Shown here: positions 1 to 10,616 of the stretch, piece by piece
Position numbering within the stretch: the first letter of the stretch is position 1
How the letters are laid out: every line of letters begins with the position of its first letter
Assembly: GCF_006345805.1 (NCBI RefSeq)
Contig: NC_042999.1
Span: forward strand, 166,780,001 to 166,844,000
Direction of reading: 5' to 3'
DNA: 64,000 nt
DNA from: Octopus sinensis
Taxonomy: Eukaryota
The notes under the pieces: model-generated
Seen by the model: only the letters and a program-made list of their open reading frames with translations
The model's database searches: none
Told to the model about the DNA's origin: nothing
Made by a program: the position numbers and the translations under genes

Positions 1-182
1 AACACCTAGCATCCATAGCATCATAATTTATAAATTTATCATAAATTTATATCTATAAAACCGTCAAAAGCTTGTTTAATTTTATGTTTTTTGCTTTATT
101 ATTAGTGTTTCGTACTATGTTTTGCTAAAATTGCTGTTTCTTTTCAGATATCATTAGAAAAAGGTAATTAAAATTCATTAAA

Positions 183-1190
183 ATGACAGATCCATCGGAT
201 TTTCAAAGAGGTCAAATTGCTGGTGTTCGTATGGCAGGCGTAAAGAAAACAGCCGAAAAGTTTGGTCTATTCGTGTATTAAGAAGTACTGTCTCGAAAGT
301 AATGACAACCTTTGAGAAAGAGGTAAAAACTTCCTCGTCGAAAGAAAACTCCGGAAGAAAACAAAATTTTCAGATAGGGACCGTCGGACTCTTACGCGAA
401 TTATTAGAAAGGATCACAAAAGAACAGCTCCCAAAATTACTGCAGAGCTTAATGACCCCCTCGAGAACCCAGTTTCCACAAAAACTGTTTCCCCGAGAGC
501 TGCAGAAAGCCGGAGTTGACGGGAGGTGCTTCAATCAGAAAACCACTACTTTCAAAAACAAACGTTGCAAAGCGTTTAGGGTGGAGTAAAAACCAACAGA
601 ATTGGTCCCTAGAGCAGTGAAAGAATGTTATTTTCTTGGACGAGTCATCCTTTACCTTATTTTCGACCACCGGCCGAGTATACGTGTGGAGACAGCCAAA
701 AGAAGCATTTGACCCAGACTGCCTTCTTCCAACTGTTAAACATGGAGGAGGATCTGTGATGATCTGGTGGTGGAGGGCTATATCTTGGAAATCCACCGGC
801 CTACTAGTTTCCCTTCGTGGTAGAATTAATAGTCAAGACTATTTAAGCATTTTATCTGATCAGATTCATCCTGTGGTTGCGTTTCCGGAGGGAAACAATC
901 TTTCAGGATGATAATGCATCAATTCACACAGCTAAAGTTGTTATTGAATGGCATGAGGAACATTCTAGTGAAGTTGAACATCTTATCTGGTCATCACAGT
1001 CCCCAGATCTCAATATTGTTGAACATTTATGGTGCATTTTAGAAAAACAAGTAAGGAGTCGATATCCTCTGCTATCATCACTACAAGAACTGGAGACTGT
1101 TTTAGCTGAAGAGGGGACAAAAATTCCTTCGGAAACAATCCAAACTTTTTACGAGTCCATAACTCGTAGAATTCAAGCTGTAATTATATA
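183..1190 (+). mobile_element. Degenerate Tc1/mariner transposase with DD36E spacing (Incomer-like), C-terminus truncated
   Basis: ATG 183 opens MTDPSDFQRGQI (paired-like HTH start). Frameshifted ORFs 302-589, 636-911 and 877-1191 give DESSF (D 639-641), KHGGGSVMIW, FQDDNA (D 910-912) and SPDLNIVEHLW (E 1021-1023), with 36 residues between D and E. Confidence 0.9.
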
Positions 1191-1241
1191 ATGCTAATTT
1201 ATTAAGTAGCCAGAAAATAGATTTGGTATTAATCTTTATTT

Positions 1242-1346
1242 TGTACTACGATCGTTTCGACCCATCCTGCAGCTGTCCCTTATGTATGGAACTCCGTTCA
1301 ACATGTTGTATTGCATCTATTTGCAGTCTGACTCTCATCAGATGCA
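1242..1346 (-). ncRNA. Type I hammerhead ribozyme (mirror copy, weaker stems)
   Basis: Reverse strand reads TGCAT-CTGATGA-GAGTCA...TGGGTC-GAAAC-GATC-GTA-GTACA. Confidence 0.55.
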
Positions 1347-1479
1347 TCCATCCATGAAGTTGTGTCTCGCTAAAGATCCTGAGTTTAGTCTGTCATGTTG
1401 ATTCTCCAACCAGACGGGCACATAACAACATGACAGCCTGAATTCAGGATCTTTAGTGAGGCACAACTTTATGCATGGA

Positions 1480-1585
1480 TGCACCTGATGAGACCCAGTT
1501 TGCAAAATGGATGCAATACAACAAGTTGAACGGAGTTCCATACATAATCGACAGCTGCAGGATGGGTCGAAACGATCGTAGTACA
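1480..1585 (+). ncRNA. Type I hammerhead ribozyme with long stem/loop II
   Basis: Stem I TGCAC/GTACA (1 mismatch); core CTGATGA 1485-1491; stem II GACCCA/TGGGTC; GAAAC 1569-1573; palindromic GATC; GTA cleavage triplet 1578-1580. Confidence 0.75.
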
Positions 1586-1788
1586 AAATAAAGATCAATA
1601 GCAAATTCATCTTCTGGTTAATTAATAAATTATCATTATCTCAACTAATACTGCGGAGTTCCTGAAGCAGATCTAACGGAAACACATCTCAACAGCGGAT
1701 GACATCAAGTAGCCCAAACTGTGCCAGTGCTCTACTCAACACTTCAACACACTAATCGATATACACCCATTAGTCCACACACACACAC

Positions 1789-1822
<34 letters not shown>

Positions 1823-1830
1823 TTAGATTA

Positions 1831-2095
1831 TAAGAGGTAATGGTGTCATTGAGACCCAAAGGTGTCAGGTAATACTGAATAAGTGTTATAGACAGACCAT
1901 AGTTAAGTTCCAGGTTCGGTAATTTTGCGAATAAGGGGTTCAACGTTGGTCATATGTCAGCGTGTGTATATAAGAATTTTTTACGTAATGAGATAAAAAA
2001 AACCCAAGGCTGTGTAGATATTAGAACATTTATAGTTTCTGATATCTACACAGCCTTGGTTTTTTTTTTATCTCATTACGCAAAAAATTCTTATA
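1831..2095. repeat. Dispersed repeat family X fragment ending in a 58-bp-arm hairpin (1969-2095)
   Basis: GGTGTCATTGAGACCCAAAGG...ATGTCAGCGTGTGTATA recurs at ~35964-36090 and ~58548-58690. Arms 1969-2026 and 2037-2095 pair. Confidence 0.75.
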
Positions 2096-2794
2096 AATAT
2101 TCTCTATTTCATTTGATTATTGAACCGTTGTGTTTTTGAAATTATTATTATTGTTGATATTATTTTTGTTTGATGTAATATTCTTATTTATTTATAGTTT
2201 CTTGATATTATTTTTTACGTCCGATGTTTAATTATTATAAAAGATTTTACGTTTTACATATTTAATTTGAGAATTTATAATGGTTAGCATTTTTTTAATA
2301 ATAATTAGATAATATTTTCATTAAATGGTACTTTTTTAAAAAATAAACTAGTTTTTATTTTAATATAATGTTTATGTTTAACTTTTTATCGTGTGATATA
2401 TTAAATCTATAGATTTTATACATGGATATTAATATATCGAGTTTATATAATGGATTTGAATGTATTTGTACTTTTTCAAAGTTTTGATTGGATTTTCATG
2501 AGTGAAATTGATAGGGTTGATTAATTAGACGCTTATCGTTTTAAAATCTGGATAGATTGATCAGAATCGTTGAACTTAGTAATTTAGTTTGCTTATCAAT
2601 ATTAGTTAGTACTTGCTATTATTTTAACTTTGATCGTTTTAATTATTGTTATTGTTATTGACTGGTTTTGTAGAGGACTGGTGATTGTGATTGTACATCT
2701 TCTTTGGTATTGTTCTTTGGTTTGAATATTTTAGCACCTTTCTTTAATTTGGGATTGATAGGTTTCTTACTTTCCATTAACATATTATTCTCGC

Positions 2795-2929
<135 letters not shown>

Positions 2930-3231
2930 ATATTATTTATTGATATATAGGTGGACTATGTATTTGTAATAATAAATTGAAGTTAATTAGGTATTATATT
3001 ATTTGATATTTAGTCTATTTTGTTATAGTTTGTTATATTAAATCTATAGATACTACACATGTATATTTATTATATGGTTAGCTTATTTAAGGAGTTTGTC
3101 TATATTTGAACCATTTCTTATTTTGATTACAATTTAATGACTTGTAATAGCTTTGTGTATTTTATTTAATTTTAAACTATTTAATTATTGAAGTATTATT
3201 TTATTTTTCAATTATGTATATATAGAATTTT

Positions 3232-3309
<78 letters not shown>

Positions 3310-3348
3310 TAAAGTATATTTATTAATTAATTGTTCTGTTATATTTTT

Positions 3349-3435
3349 AACCTGATGAGTGACTATATTTATATGCAAGTGATTTCTCTACTACTATAAT
3401 CATTTCTTAAATATAGCAGCGAAACACGTGTCGTT
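3349..3435 (+). ncRNA. Type I hammerhead motif, long loop II, palindromic stem III
   Basis: AAC-CTGATGA(3352-3358)-...CTATATTT...AAATATAG...-GAAAC(3421-3425)-ACGT-GTC-GTT. Stem I is only 3 bp and the base of stem II is imperfect. Confidence 0.55.
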
Positions 3436-4004
3436 TTTCTACCTATTATATACATTATATTATTTTTGTAATTTACTTAATCTTTACTTTTTAATTGTTA
3501 TTTTAATTTAAACTTTTCTATTATATGTAATTTTCTAGATGGTGTAATTTAATTATTCATTTTGAATTGATAAAAGGTGTTTTTCTAATATTTTATATAT
3601 ATATTATATTGTGTGGAATTTGATTTAGTATTTCTAAATTGAATTCTTTTTCCTTGTAAGTTTGGATTTTATTCCCTCAAATAATAATTATATATATATA
3701 TATATACATACATATATATATATAACTCAGAAATTAAATAAATTACGTTATGAATTTCATTAGCTTATTGGTGTTTCTACGATAAGATGCAATGCGATCA
3801 TAGCTGAGTGCTTGTGTACCACCCTATGGCTCCTTGGGAGCTTCAAAAAGGAAGTGCACTTCACTTCTGAAACTCCGATTAACCTATAGAGTGACACACA
3901 AGTACTCGACTGACGCTTTTATTCTGAAGCATATGCATATGAGTTCTACTACCAGGTTATTAGTATCGCTATGCCTAAGCGAAATAGTAGTAGTAGTAAA
4001 GAAA

Positions 4005-4606
4005 AAGTGTAGAAGGAAAAAAAATGTACGGTCAGTTTGCAAGAGATACAAATACCAAGACAGATAAAGAAGACAGGTGTCTATAGATGAGGAGGAGTGA
4101 CCTGAAGATAGAGACAGAAGCACATATATGCGTAGTTCAAGAACAAGCGCTAAGGACTAACTGTGTAAAGTGCAGAATCGACAACACTACCGACAGCGAC
4201 AAATACAGAATGTGTGGTGAGAGGGGTGAAACGGTATGGCACATCATTAGCGAATGCTTGAAATTAGCGCAACACGATTATAAAAGACGCCATGACAATG
4301 TTGTCAAGAATGATCCATTGGGAACTCTGTGGAAATCACGGCCTACAAAGAACAAAGATGTGGTATGAGAAAACCCCAAAAGGAGTCACCGAGAAATGAG
4401 AATTGCAAAATCCTGTAGGATACAAAGATCCAATGCGATCACCTGACCACACATCGGAAACCGGACATTGTTGTGGTGGAAAAAAGAAAGAACCTGCATT
4501 ATAATCGACAGAGCATGTCCCGATGTTCTTCAATGAAATTTTCTTAGCTGTTTGTTGTCACTCAATAATAATAATCTCTCACTCAATAATAATAATAATA
4601 ATAATA

Positions 4607-4646
<40 letters not shown>

Positions 4647-5052
4647 TGTCACTGATAAATATCTGTAAAAGAATTTGACAAATTAAGTAAATATAAAGAC
4701 CGGGATTGAAATACAAAAGATGTAGCATCTAAAAGCAATAACTGTTGTTGTTATTGAGGGTGCCCTTGGCTTGATAAGAAAGAGGTATCAGAAACATCTA
4801 GATAATATCCCAGGAGAACCATGTCTCAGAGAAATCCAAAAGATTTTGCTGACAAGTACTGTCCACATCCTTAGAAAACCCCTATCAATTTAATTGCTTA
4901 TGTTGTATTACATGAAGATATTTTGCTAATGCCCCTGCCACTTCTCCTCCCCAAGCTTACAGTCATACTGCAACACCTCTTATCCTTCACTCGCCCTAGG
5001 ACGCTGTGTGTGTCTCGGTGAGTGAGTGTAACAAACATGCAGATTAAAAGTA

Positions 5053-5055
<3 letters not shown>
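4005..5055 (+). mobile_element. 5'-truncated R4/Dong-like non-LTR retrotransposon (zinc knuckle plus restriction-like endonuclease, 3' UTR)
   Basis: MYGQF...ETEAHI..QEQALRT, RMCGERGETVWHIISEC, KRRHDNV, RKPDIVVV...IDRACP, GALG and HILRK are readable across frameshifts. The 3' UTR runs into (TAA)n at ~5055-5120. Confidence 0.8.
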
Positions 5056-5109
<54 letters not shown>

Positions 5110-5231
5110 TAATAATAATAGACAAGATTTAAAGGGCACAGATATGACACCAGGCACAATAACAGTGGTTCGATAGAACTTGCCGATCATTTTGCATCAA
5201 GCGGCTGAAATTTTGAAAATGATTTGAAAGT

Positions 5232-5550
5232 GATTAATCTCATAAAATATTCTGAGTTTGATACACCTTCAGTACTTAAAATATGCTTGCGGCTATTAAC
5301 ATCACGACGTGGAGGAATGAATAAAGTGACAGGAGAATTTCATCAAATTTACCCAAAACTGTTTGATTAAATATTCTTCTTTATCCTTTTCCTTTTTCTT
5401 TTCTTTTCTTTTCGCCAGGTGTGAAATTGAAACTTAAAGACTAATGATGTCATCGAAGTATCGTTCAACCAATAAAATATCCATTGCAGTCGCATCGCGC
5501 TCTTCGTCTTGTCTGTTTACCTTTGTGAAGAGTTACGTCAACCCTTTTAA
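5232..5550 (+). repeat. Direct repeat copy 1 (leader/pLTR-like segment with strong 3' splice site)
   Basis: Matches 8462-8914; the last ~90 bp are nearly identical. A polypyrimidine tract ends TTTTCGCCAG. Confidence 0.75.
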
Positions 5551-5664
5551 AGGTTTTTAAACCCTTTTAAAATTACAAAATCAAATAGATTGAGAAAATG
5601 ATGGATATTATCCCAAATAAGAACCGGAACATTTAGAAATTCTGGAAGTTACCAGAACAGCCGG

Positions 5665-7020
5665 GTGTCTAAGGAAAATCGTCATGTAAATTACAGCTTT
5701 TGTGTTTTAACCCTTCTTACAGTTGGCTTGTCAACCCTGTTAATTTCGCTAGACCCCAGTGTTGAGCCCAATCCTGGGCCAATGGATTTTGTACCATGCA
5801 AATGCGAATCAGAAAATGAGAAATCGAGCTTTCTATCAGTAAAAAAAACTTAATCGTTTTCGTGATAAAATCAAAAACCATTTACTATTTCTTGCTTCAA
5901 AGTTTAAATTGATTGGTGAGAGCAATTCATTTAACATAATGGAAGCTATTATTGAAGACCATCGTTCAGAATTAGTATTGCTTCATGCAGACATTAAGGA
6001 GATTTTGAGTGTCCTTGAACAGGTTTGTTTGAACTATTTGTATAATTGATGAACTTTGAAAAAAAAAAAAAAGGAAATTTCGGCTCTGAAGACAAAAAAG
6101 GAAAAGAAGGCGAAAAAGCTGATTTCCCATTCCTATGACACAATGGACAAAGCAAAATTTTGATTGCGAACATATGCTTTGAAATATGAGGAGAAGTCGT
6201 TTTTACTTTCGGGACAAATGTTGTGACAAACTTATTGACGCTGGGTTGAAAATCGTAGCAAAAAAATTTCCTGAAATTCCAATACAAGCAACTTTTTTTT
6301 TCTCACACGGAATTTCTAACATACGATCCACACTGCACACTGTTCATTCACCACACCAGGAACAATCATTTTGTTTCGTCGAATAATTTTTTCAGAGATG
6401 TTTATATCTATGACAGTTTGAACTTACCAGTACCACAGGGTCTAATAGCACAAATAACAATCCTGTACTTACCACAAACAAACATAATCCCCACAGTTCA
6501 AAGTTCATATTACTAATCCCCAAGTTGATGCATATGATTGTGGCATATTTTCTCTGGCGTACGCATTTGAACTGGTCATTGGAAACGTTCCAGGAAAGTT
6601 TTTATTTGGTCAGTCAAAAATGCGAGCACATTTAAGATCTTGCCTCGAAAACAATAAATTTGTTCCTTTCCCGAAAGTAAAAGTTTTTCAAATGCCTAGA
6701 AAACCCACAGAAGTCACTCACTTTCTATATCTAGAAAGACGATTAAAAATTATGACTTCTCACACGAAGAACAATTTTTATCACCCAAAACGTCCCATAT
6801 TTTAAGTGAAGATTTCGAGTAAAACCCAAAAGGTAGTCAGGAATCTAATGAGAGTAAGACTCTGAAAACCAATTGCCCAAGAAAATCCATCACACTTGAG
6901 AATAAGTCGGTCATAAATTTATCTAAACTAAAACTTTCACCCGACAATGCCTCTGTCTTGGCGCTTGGACTGAGCTTCTGTCCAAGAACTAAGGATTTTG
7001 ACAAGAATAAACGAGCTCAA
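5665..7020 (+). pseudogene. Decayed Penelope-like ORF: 2A-like motif, helical N-region, Ulp1/C48 protease domain, RT N-terminus
   Basis: LLISLDPSVEPNPGP (motif 5752-5781); KLNRFRDKIKNHLLFL; LFIHHTRNNHFV..YIYDSLN..PQVDAYDCGIFSLAYAFEL..QSKMRAHLRSCLENNKFVPFP; VINLSKLKLSPDNASVLALGLSFCP (from 6910). All are on the + strand with frameshifts between them. Confidence 0.6.
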
Positions 7021-7021
7021 G

Positions 7022-8434
7022 TGATTTCATTTCTCACCCTCACGAATTTTCAGTTTGTTATAGTCACAGCTTTTCCTGCTGACAAACTATTTATTTTAAA
7101 ATTTTTTTCCATTTTCCTACCCTTCTAATTCTGCAGTGTGATTTAATGTCCTGTAAACCCACAGAGGAAACACTACTTTTTTATACAGACAATCTGTTTT
7201 CAGGTGCATCCCACCACATGTCATACGTGGGTCTATATCCTGATATTTTTTCTGTTTTTACAGCAACACTTTATTTGTCTATTTTTTGCACAGGTCTTAT
7301 GTGGAAACACTTTCCGTTGAATTTCTTCCGTGTCATGCCTTAATCTTAATATTCTACCACACTCTTCCGATAGTGTCTGCAATGTCAAATACTGGTTCAT
7401 TTCCAGTTTTGGTAGAATATTCATTCGGATTTCGGCATTTCTTCTATCTGACAATCCTTGTGCAAAAATCAAACACTTAAAAGAATCTGAAGTAAGCATA
7501 TCTAGCGTAAGTCTCTCACATTATTTGTTGACTCTGCTTGTGTAAGTAGTGAAGTCTTCATCTTTGCTCTTTTCTATGTTTAAAAATTTCCATCTAGTAT
7601 AAAACAATGAACTTTTTTCACTAAACATTTTGCACAAAATGTCAACTGTGTCGGTGAAATTTATGATGGACGAATTTTTTGGCAATATGAAATTACTATA
7701 CTTCTCATGCTCTGCTGTCCCTAGTTTTCTTAAAACTAGACGCGTTTTCATATCATCCACCCAATCCTGGGATTCTTTTTCAAAGATTTGTTGAAATCTT
7801 CGGAAGTAAGCCTCGAAGGTTACATCTTCTTCAGGGTAATATTTGAATTTGCTAATGGAATTTGCTACGTGGTCAGGCGAAAATGTATTCTCCAGTTTGG
7901 TAATCAACTTCATTAGATACAACACTTACTGCTGCAATTCTTGTTGTTCTTGTAGTTCCTTGAGTTGTTGTTGCTGTCTTTTGTGACTCAACTATCTCAG
8001 CTAACGTCTTCCATATTTTACGATTTTCGTAACTTCGCACAAAACTTTTGTTTCTTTTTTGTCGAGGTATTTAATTTTCCACTTGATTTAATTTAAACTA
8101 CTCCTGGGAAATGTTGCAAAGCCGTCTTTTACCACTGTTGTACCTGTCTTTTAACGACGGTTATCGCTCTGACAGATATTGTTAGATTCCAAAGTCGTCG
8201 ATAGAATGCTTCTATCTGGTACTGTAAGACCCCAGTCGTAGTGTTATTATCCTCAAACGGTTGGATTTTTTAAAATCCCCTCAGTATCATAGTATAATTA
8301 TTATATAATCACAGACACGACTATCAACAGAGTCTACACGTACTCTCGATCTTCCCGATGCTTGTCGACCGCTACTGGTCTATCTATATATAATGGCTGG
8401 TTACTACCACTTTTTTTACCGGGAGAGGTGTACA
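7022..8434 (-). mobile_element. Ty3/Gypsy LTR retrotransposon fragment (putative 5' LTR ~8283-8434, gag, start of protease)
   Basis: ATG at 8014. ORFs 7521-7925 and 7233-7499 show a K02A2.6-like gag signature (FKYYPEEDVTFEAY..KTRLVLRKLG..ILPK..FKCLIFAQGL..EIR..LQTLSEEC). Cys/His knuckle and RKFV-like remnants lie near 7030-7170. A TGTA-starting segment sits upstream. Confidence 0.8.
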
Positions 8435-8461
8435 GTTTCACTATGCAACAGTACATATTCT

Positions 8462-8914
8462 CAGGAAATATTCTAAATGTGATACACTTTCAATACCCAA
8501 AATACACGAGGAGAAACTATGTTTGCAGATTATTAACATCACGCCCTGGAGGAATGAATAAAATGACAGGAGAGTTTTATCAAATTTACACAAACAGTTT
8601 GATTAAATATTCTTTTCCCTTTTCTTTTTTCTTTCCTTTTTCTCTTTTTTTTTCTTTTTCTTTTCGCCAGTTGTAAAATTGAAACTTGAAGATTGATGAT
8701 GCCATTCCAAAATCGTGTGGACGCTGGTTGCTCCCGTTCATATTTTACATTTGAATTTCTATGATTTTAAATTTTTATCGCTTTTCATTTTGAACTCGAC
8801 ATAGACAGGCTTGCTTTCGAAATATCGTTCAACCAATAAAATATCCATTGCAGTCGCATCGCGCTCTTCGTCTTGTCTATTTACCTTTGTGAAGAGTTAC
8901 GTCAACCCTTTTAA
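8462..8914 (+). repeat. Direct repeat copy 2 (carries ~115 extra bp at ~8706-8820)
   Basis: Homologous to 5232-5550. Confidence 0.75.
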
Positions 8915-8934
8915 GATGATATAATAATAAAAAT

Positions 8935-8981
<47 letters not shown>

Positions 8982-9022
8982 AAACAACAACAAAAACAAA
9001 AACAACAACAACAAAAACAACA

Positions 9023-9180
9023 TATTGCCTGTGTGGTATGAAACTTGCTTTCCAACCACATCGCTTCAGGTTCAGTCTCACTGCGTGGCACCTTGGGCAA
9101 GTGTCGCTTACTAGAACATCGTGTCGACCAAAGCATTGTGAGTGGTTTTGGTAGACGGAAACTGAAAGAAACCCCTCGTA
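9023..9180 (+). mobile_element. SINE family A, 5' part
   Basis: tRNA-like head with B box GGTTCAGTC followed by GGCACCTTGGGCAAGTG. Confidence 0.75.
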
Positions 9181-9743
9181 TATATATATATATATACTAA
9201 GCAATAAAGGGTTTAGCAACGAATTGCCTTACCACAGACCGAATTTAGAAATAGCAGTCAAAGAGTTATAGCTATTTCTTCTACTAAAAAGGGAGATCTC
9301 AGTAAAAACACATATATATATATATGTACACACACACATCTGTGTGTGTTTTTAAATTCTTAATTCTTCTTCGAGTGAAGAAAAGAAGCCTTATTGCGAA
9401 TATTGTAAGTATAAGAATGGTTTATAACCTCTGCATAAATTTGCAAGAAGTGGAACTGATATAGGTAAAAGTGTTCAGGTTTGTTATTAAGCTAAATCTA
9501 TAGATAATATTTTTAGTGGGGCATAAATTATAGAGATGGCATGGAAGTTTACTTTTACGATTAAGTAATTTAGGAGAGTTATGGGCTTTAGTACTTCTTG
9601 TGATACTCAAGGACCGCCGGAGAGAGTGATAACTGTTGTGAGATCCGATAGAATTATCCGAATTTTCAGGGATTATGTATGAGAAAGGGGAGTTATTGTT
9701 ACTAGTAAGGGTAAAGGGTAAAGACCCCCTTCGGTCATGAATG

Positions 9744-10052
9744 ACCATGGGATTGCACCTAGAAAGTTACCCTCCTAGACACAAGTCCGGGCAAGGTTTT
9801 TTTTGGAAGACCAGCAGTCGCCCATGCATACCAGCCTCCCCTCTCCACGCCACCAGTGTTATCCAAGGGAAAGACAAAGGTCGATACAGCTTGGCACCAG
9901 GGACGTCGCAACTCATTTCTACAGCTGAGTGAACTGGAGCAACGTGAAATAAAGTGCTTTGCTCAAGAACACAACACGCAGCCCGGTCCGGGATTCGAGC
10001 TCACAACCTCACGATCGTAAGCTCGACGCTCTAACCACTGAGCCATGCGCCT
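9744..10052 (-). mobile_element. tRNA-derived SINE family C (CORE-like body)
   Basis: Reverse strand: A box TGGCTCAGTGG, B-box-like GAGCTCGAATCCC, then TGTGTTCTTGAGCAAAGCACTTTATTTCACGTTGCTCCAGTTCACTCAGCTG. A related partial copy lies at ~61625-61800. Confidence 0.8.
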
Positions 10053-10272
10053 TTATTACTAGTAATGACACTAATATTGTAATTGTGGAAGTTAAAACAG
10101 TTACTTTGATCGTCAATAGGTACATAATCGTTATATTAGAATCGAGGTAGATGTTGCCTGGGCTGGTTGTGTCATTATCAATGTTAAGGTTTATGTTTCC
10201 ATAGCCACCCCTAACACTATTGCTGCTTCTAGGGCGGCAAGTACTGTTACATATCGAGGGAATGTATTTAAT

Positions 10273-10510
10273 AAGGCGGCGAGCTAACAGAAACGTTAGC
10301 ACGCCGGTCGAAATGCGTAGCCGTATTTCGTCTGTCGTTACGTTCTGGGTTCAAATTCCGCCGAGGTCGACTTTGCCTTTCATCCTTTCGGGGTCGATTC
10401 AAAAAAATAAATGTACCATTTGCACTGGGTCGATGTAATCGACTTAATCCGTTTGTCTGTCCTTGTTTGTCCCCTCTGTGTTTAGCCCCTTGTGAGTAGT
10501 AAAGAAATAT
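10273..10510 (+). mobile_element. tRNA-derived SINE family B
   Basis: GGCGGCGAGCT..GGTTCAAATTCC (B box)..GACTTTGCCTTTCATCCTTTCGGGGTCGAT. More than 10 related copies occur in the window. Confidence 0.85.
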
Positions 10511-10616
10511 ATAGAAGTAATGTATTTAGAGGTTGAAGCAGTCGGTTGACACACAATATCACGACTGCTAATGTTGGCTACTTGACTACCATAGTCATCA
10601 CTATTCAAATGGCGTA

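Larger units (their letters stand above)
1188..1639. mobile_element. Foldback (inverted-repeat) element, PLE-pLTR-like, one hammerhead per arm
   Basis: Arms 1188-1400 and 1426-1639 (~213 bp) are reverse complements around a 25-nt spacer. Each arm has a CTGATGA...GAAAC-GATC-GTA motif and an AATAAA near its outer end. Confidence 0.8.

Noticed and set aside
9980-10052. tRNA-like sequence, also at other SINE heads
   Set aside because: It has A and B boxes but continues into a SINE body and lacks a clean acceptor stem, so it is a SINE head and not a tRNA gene.
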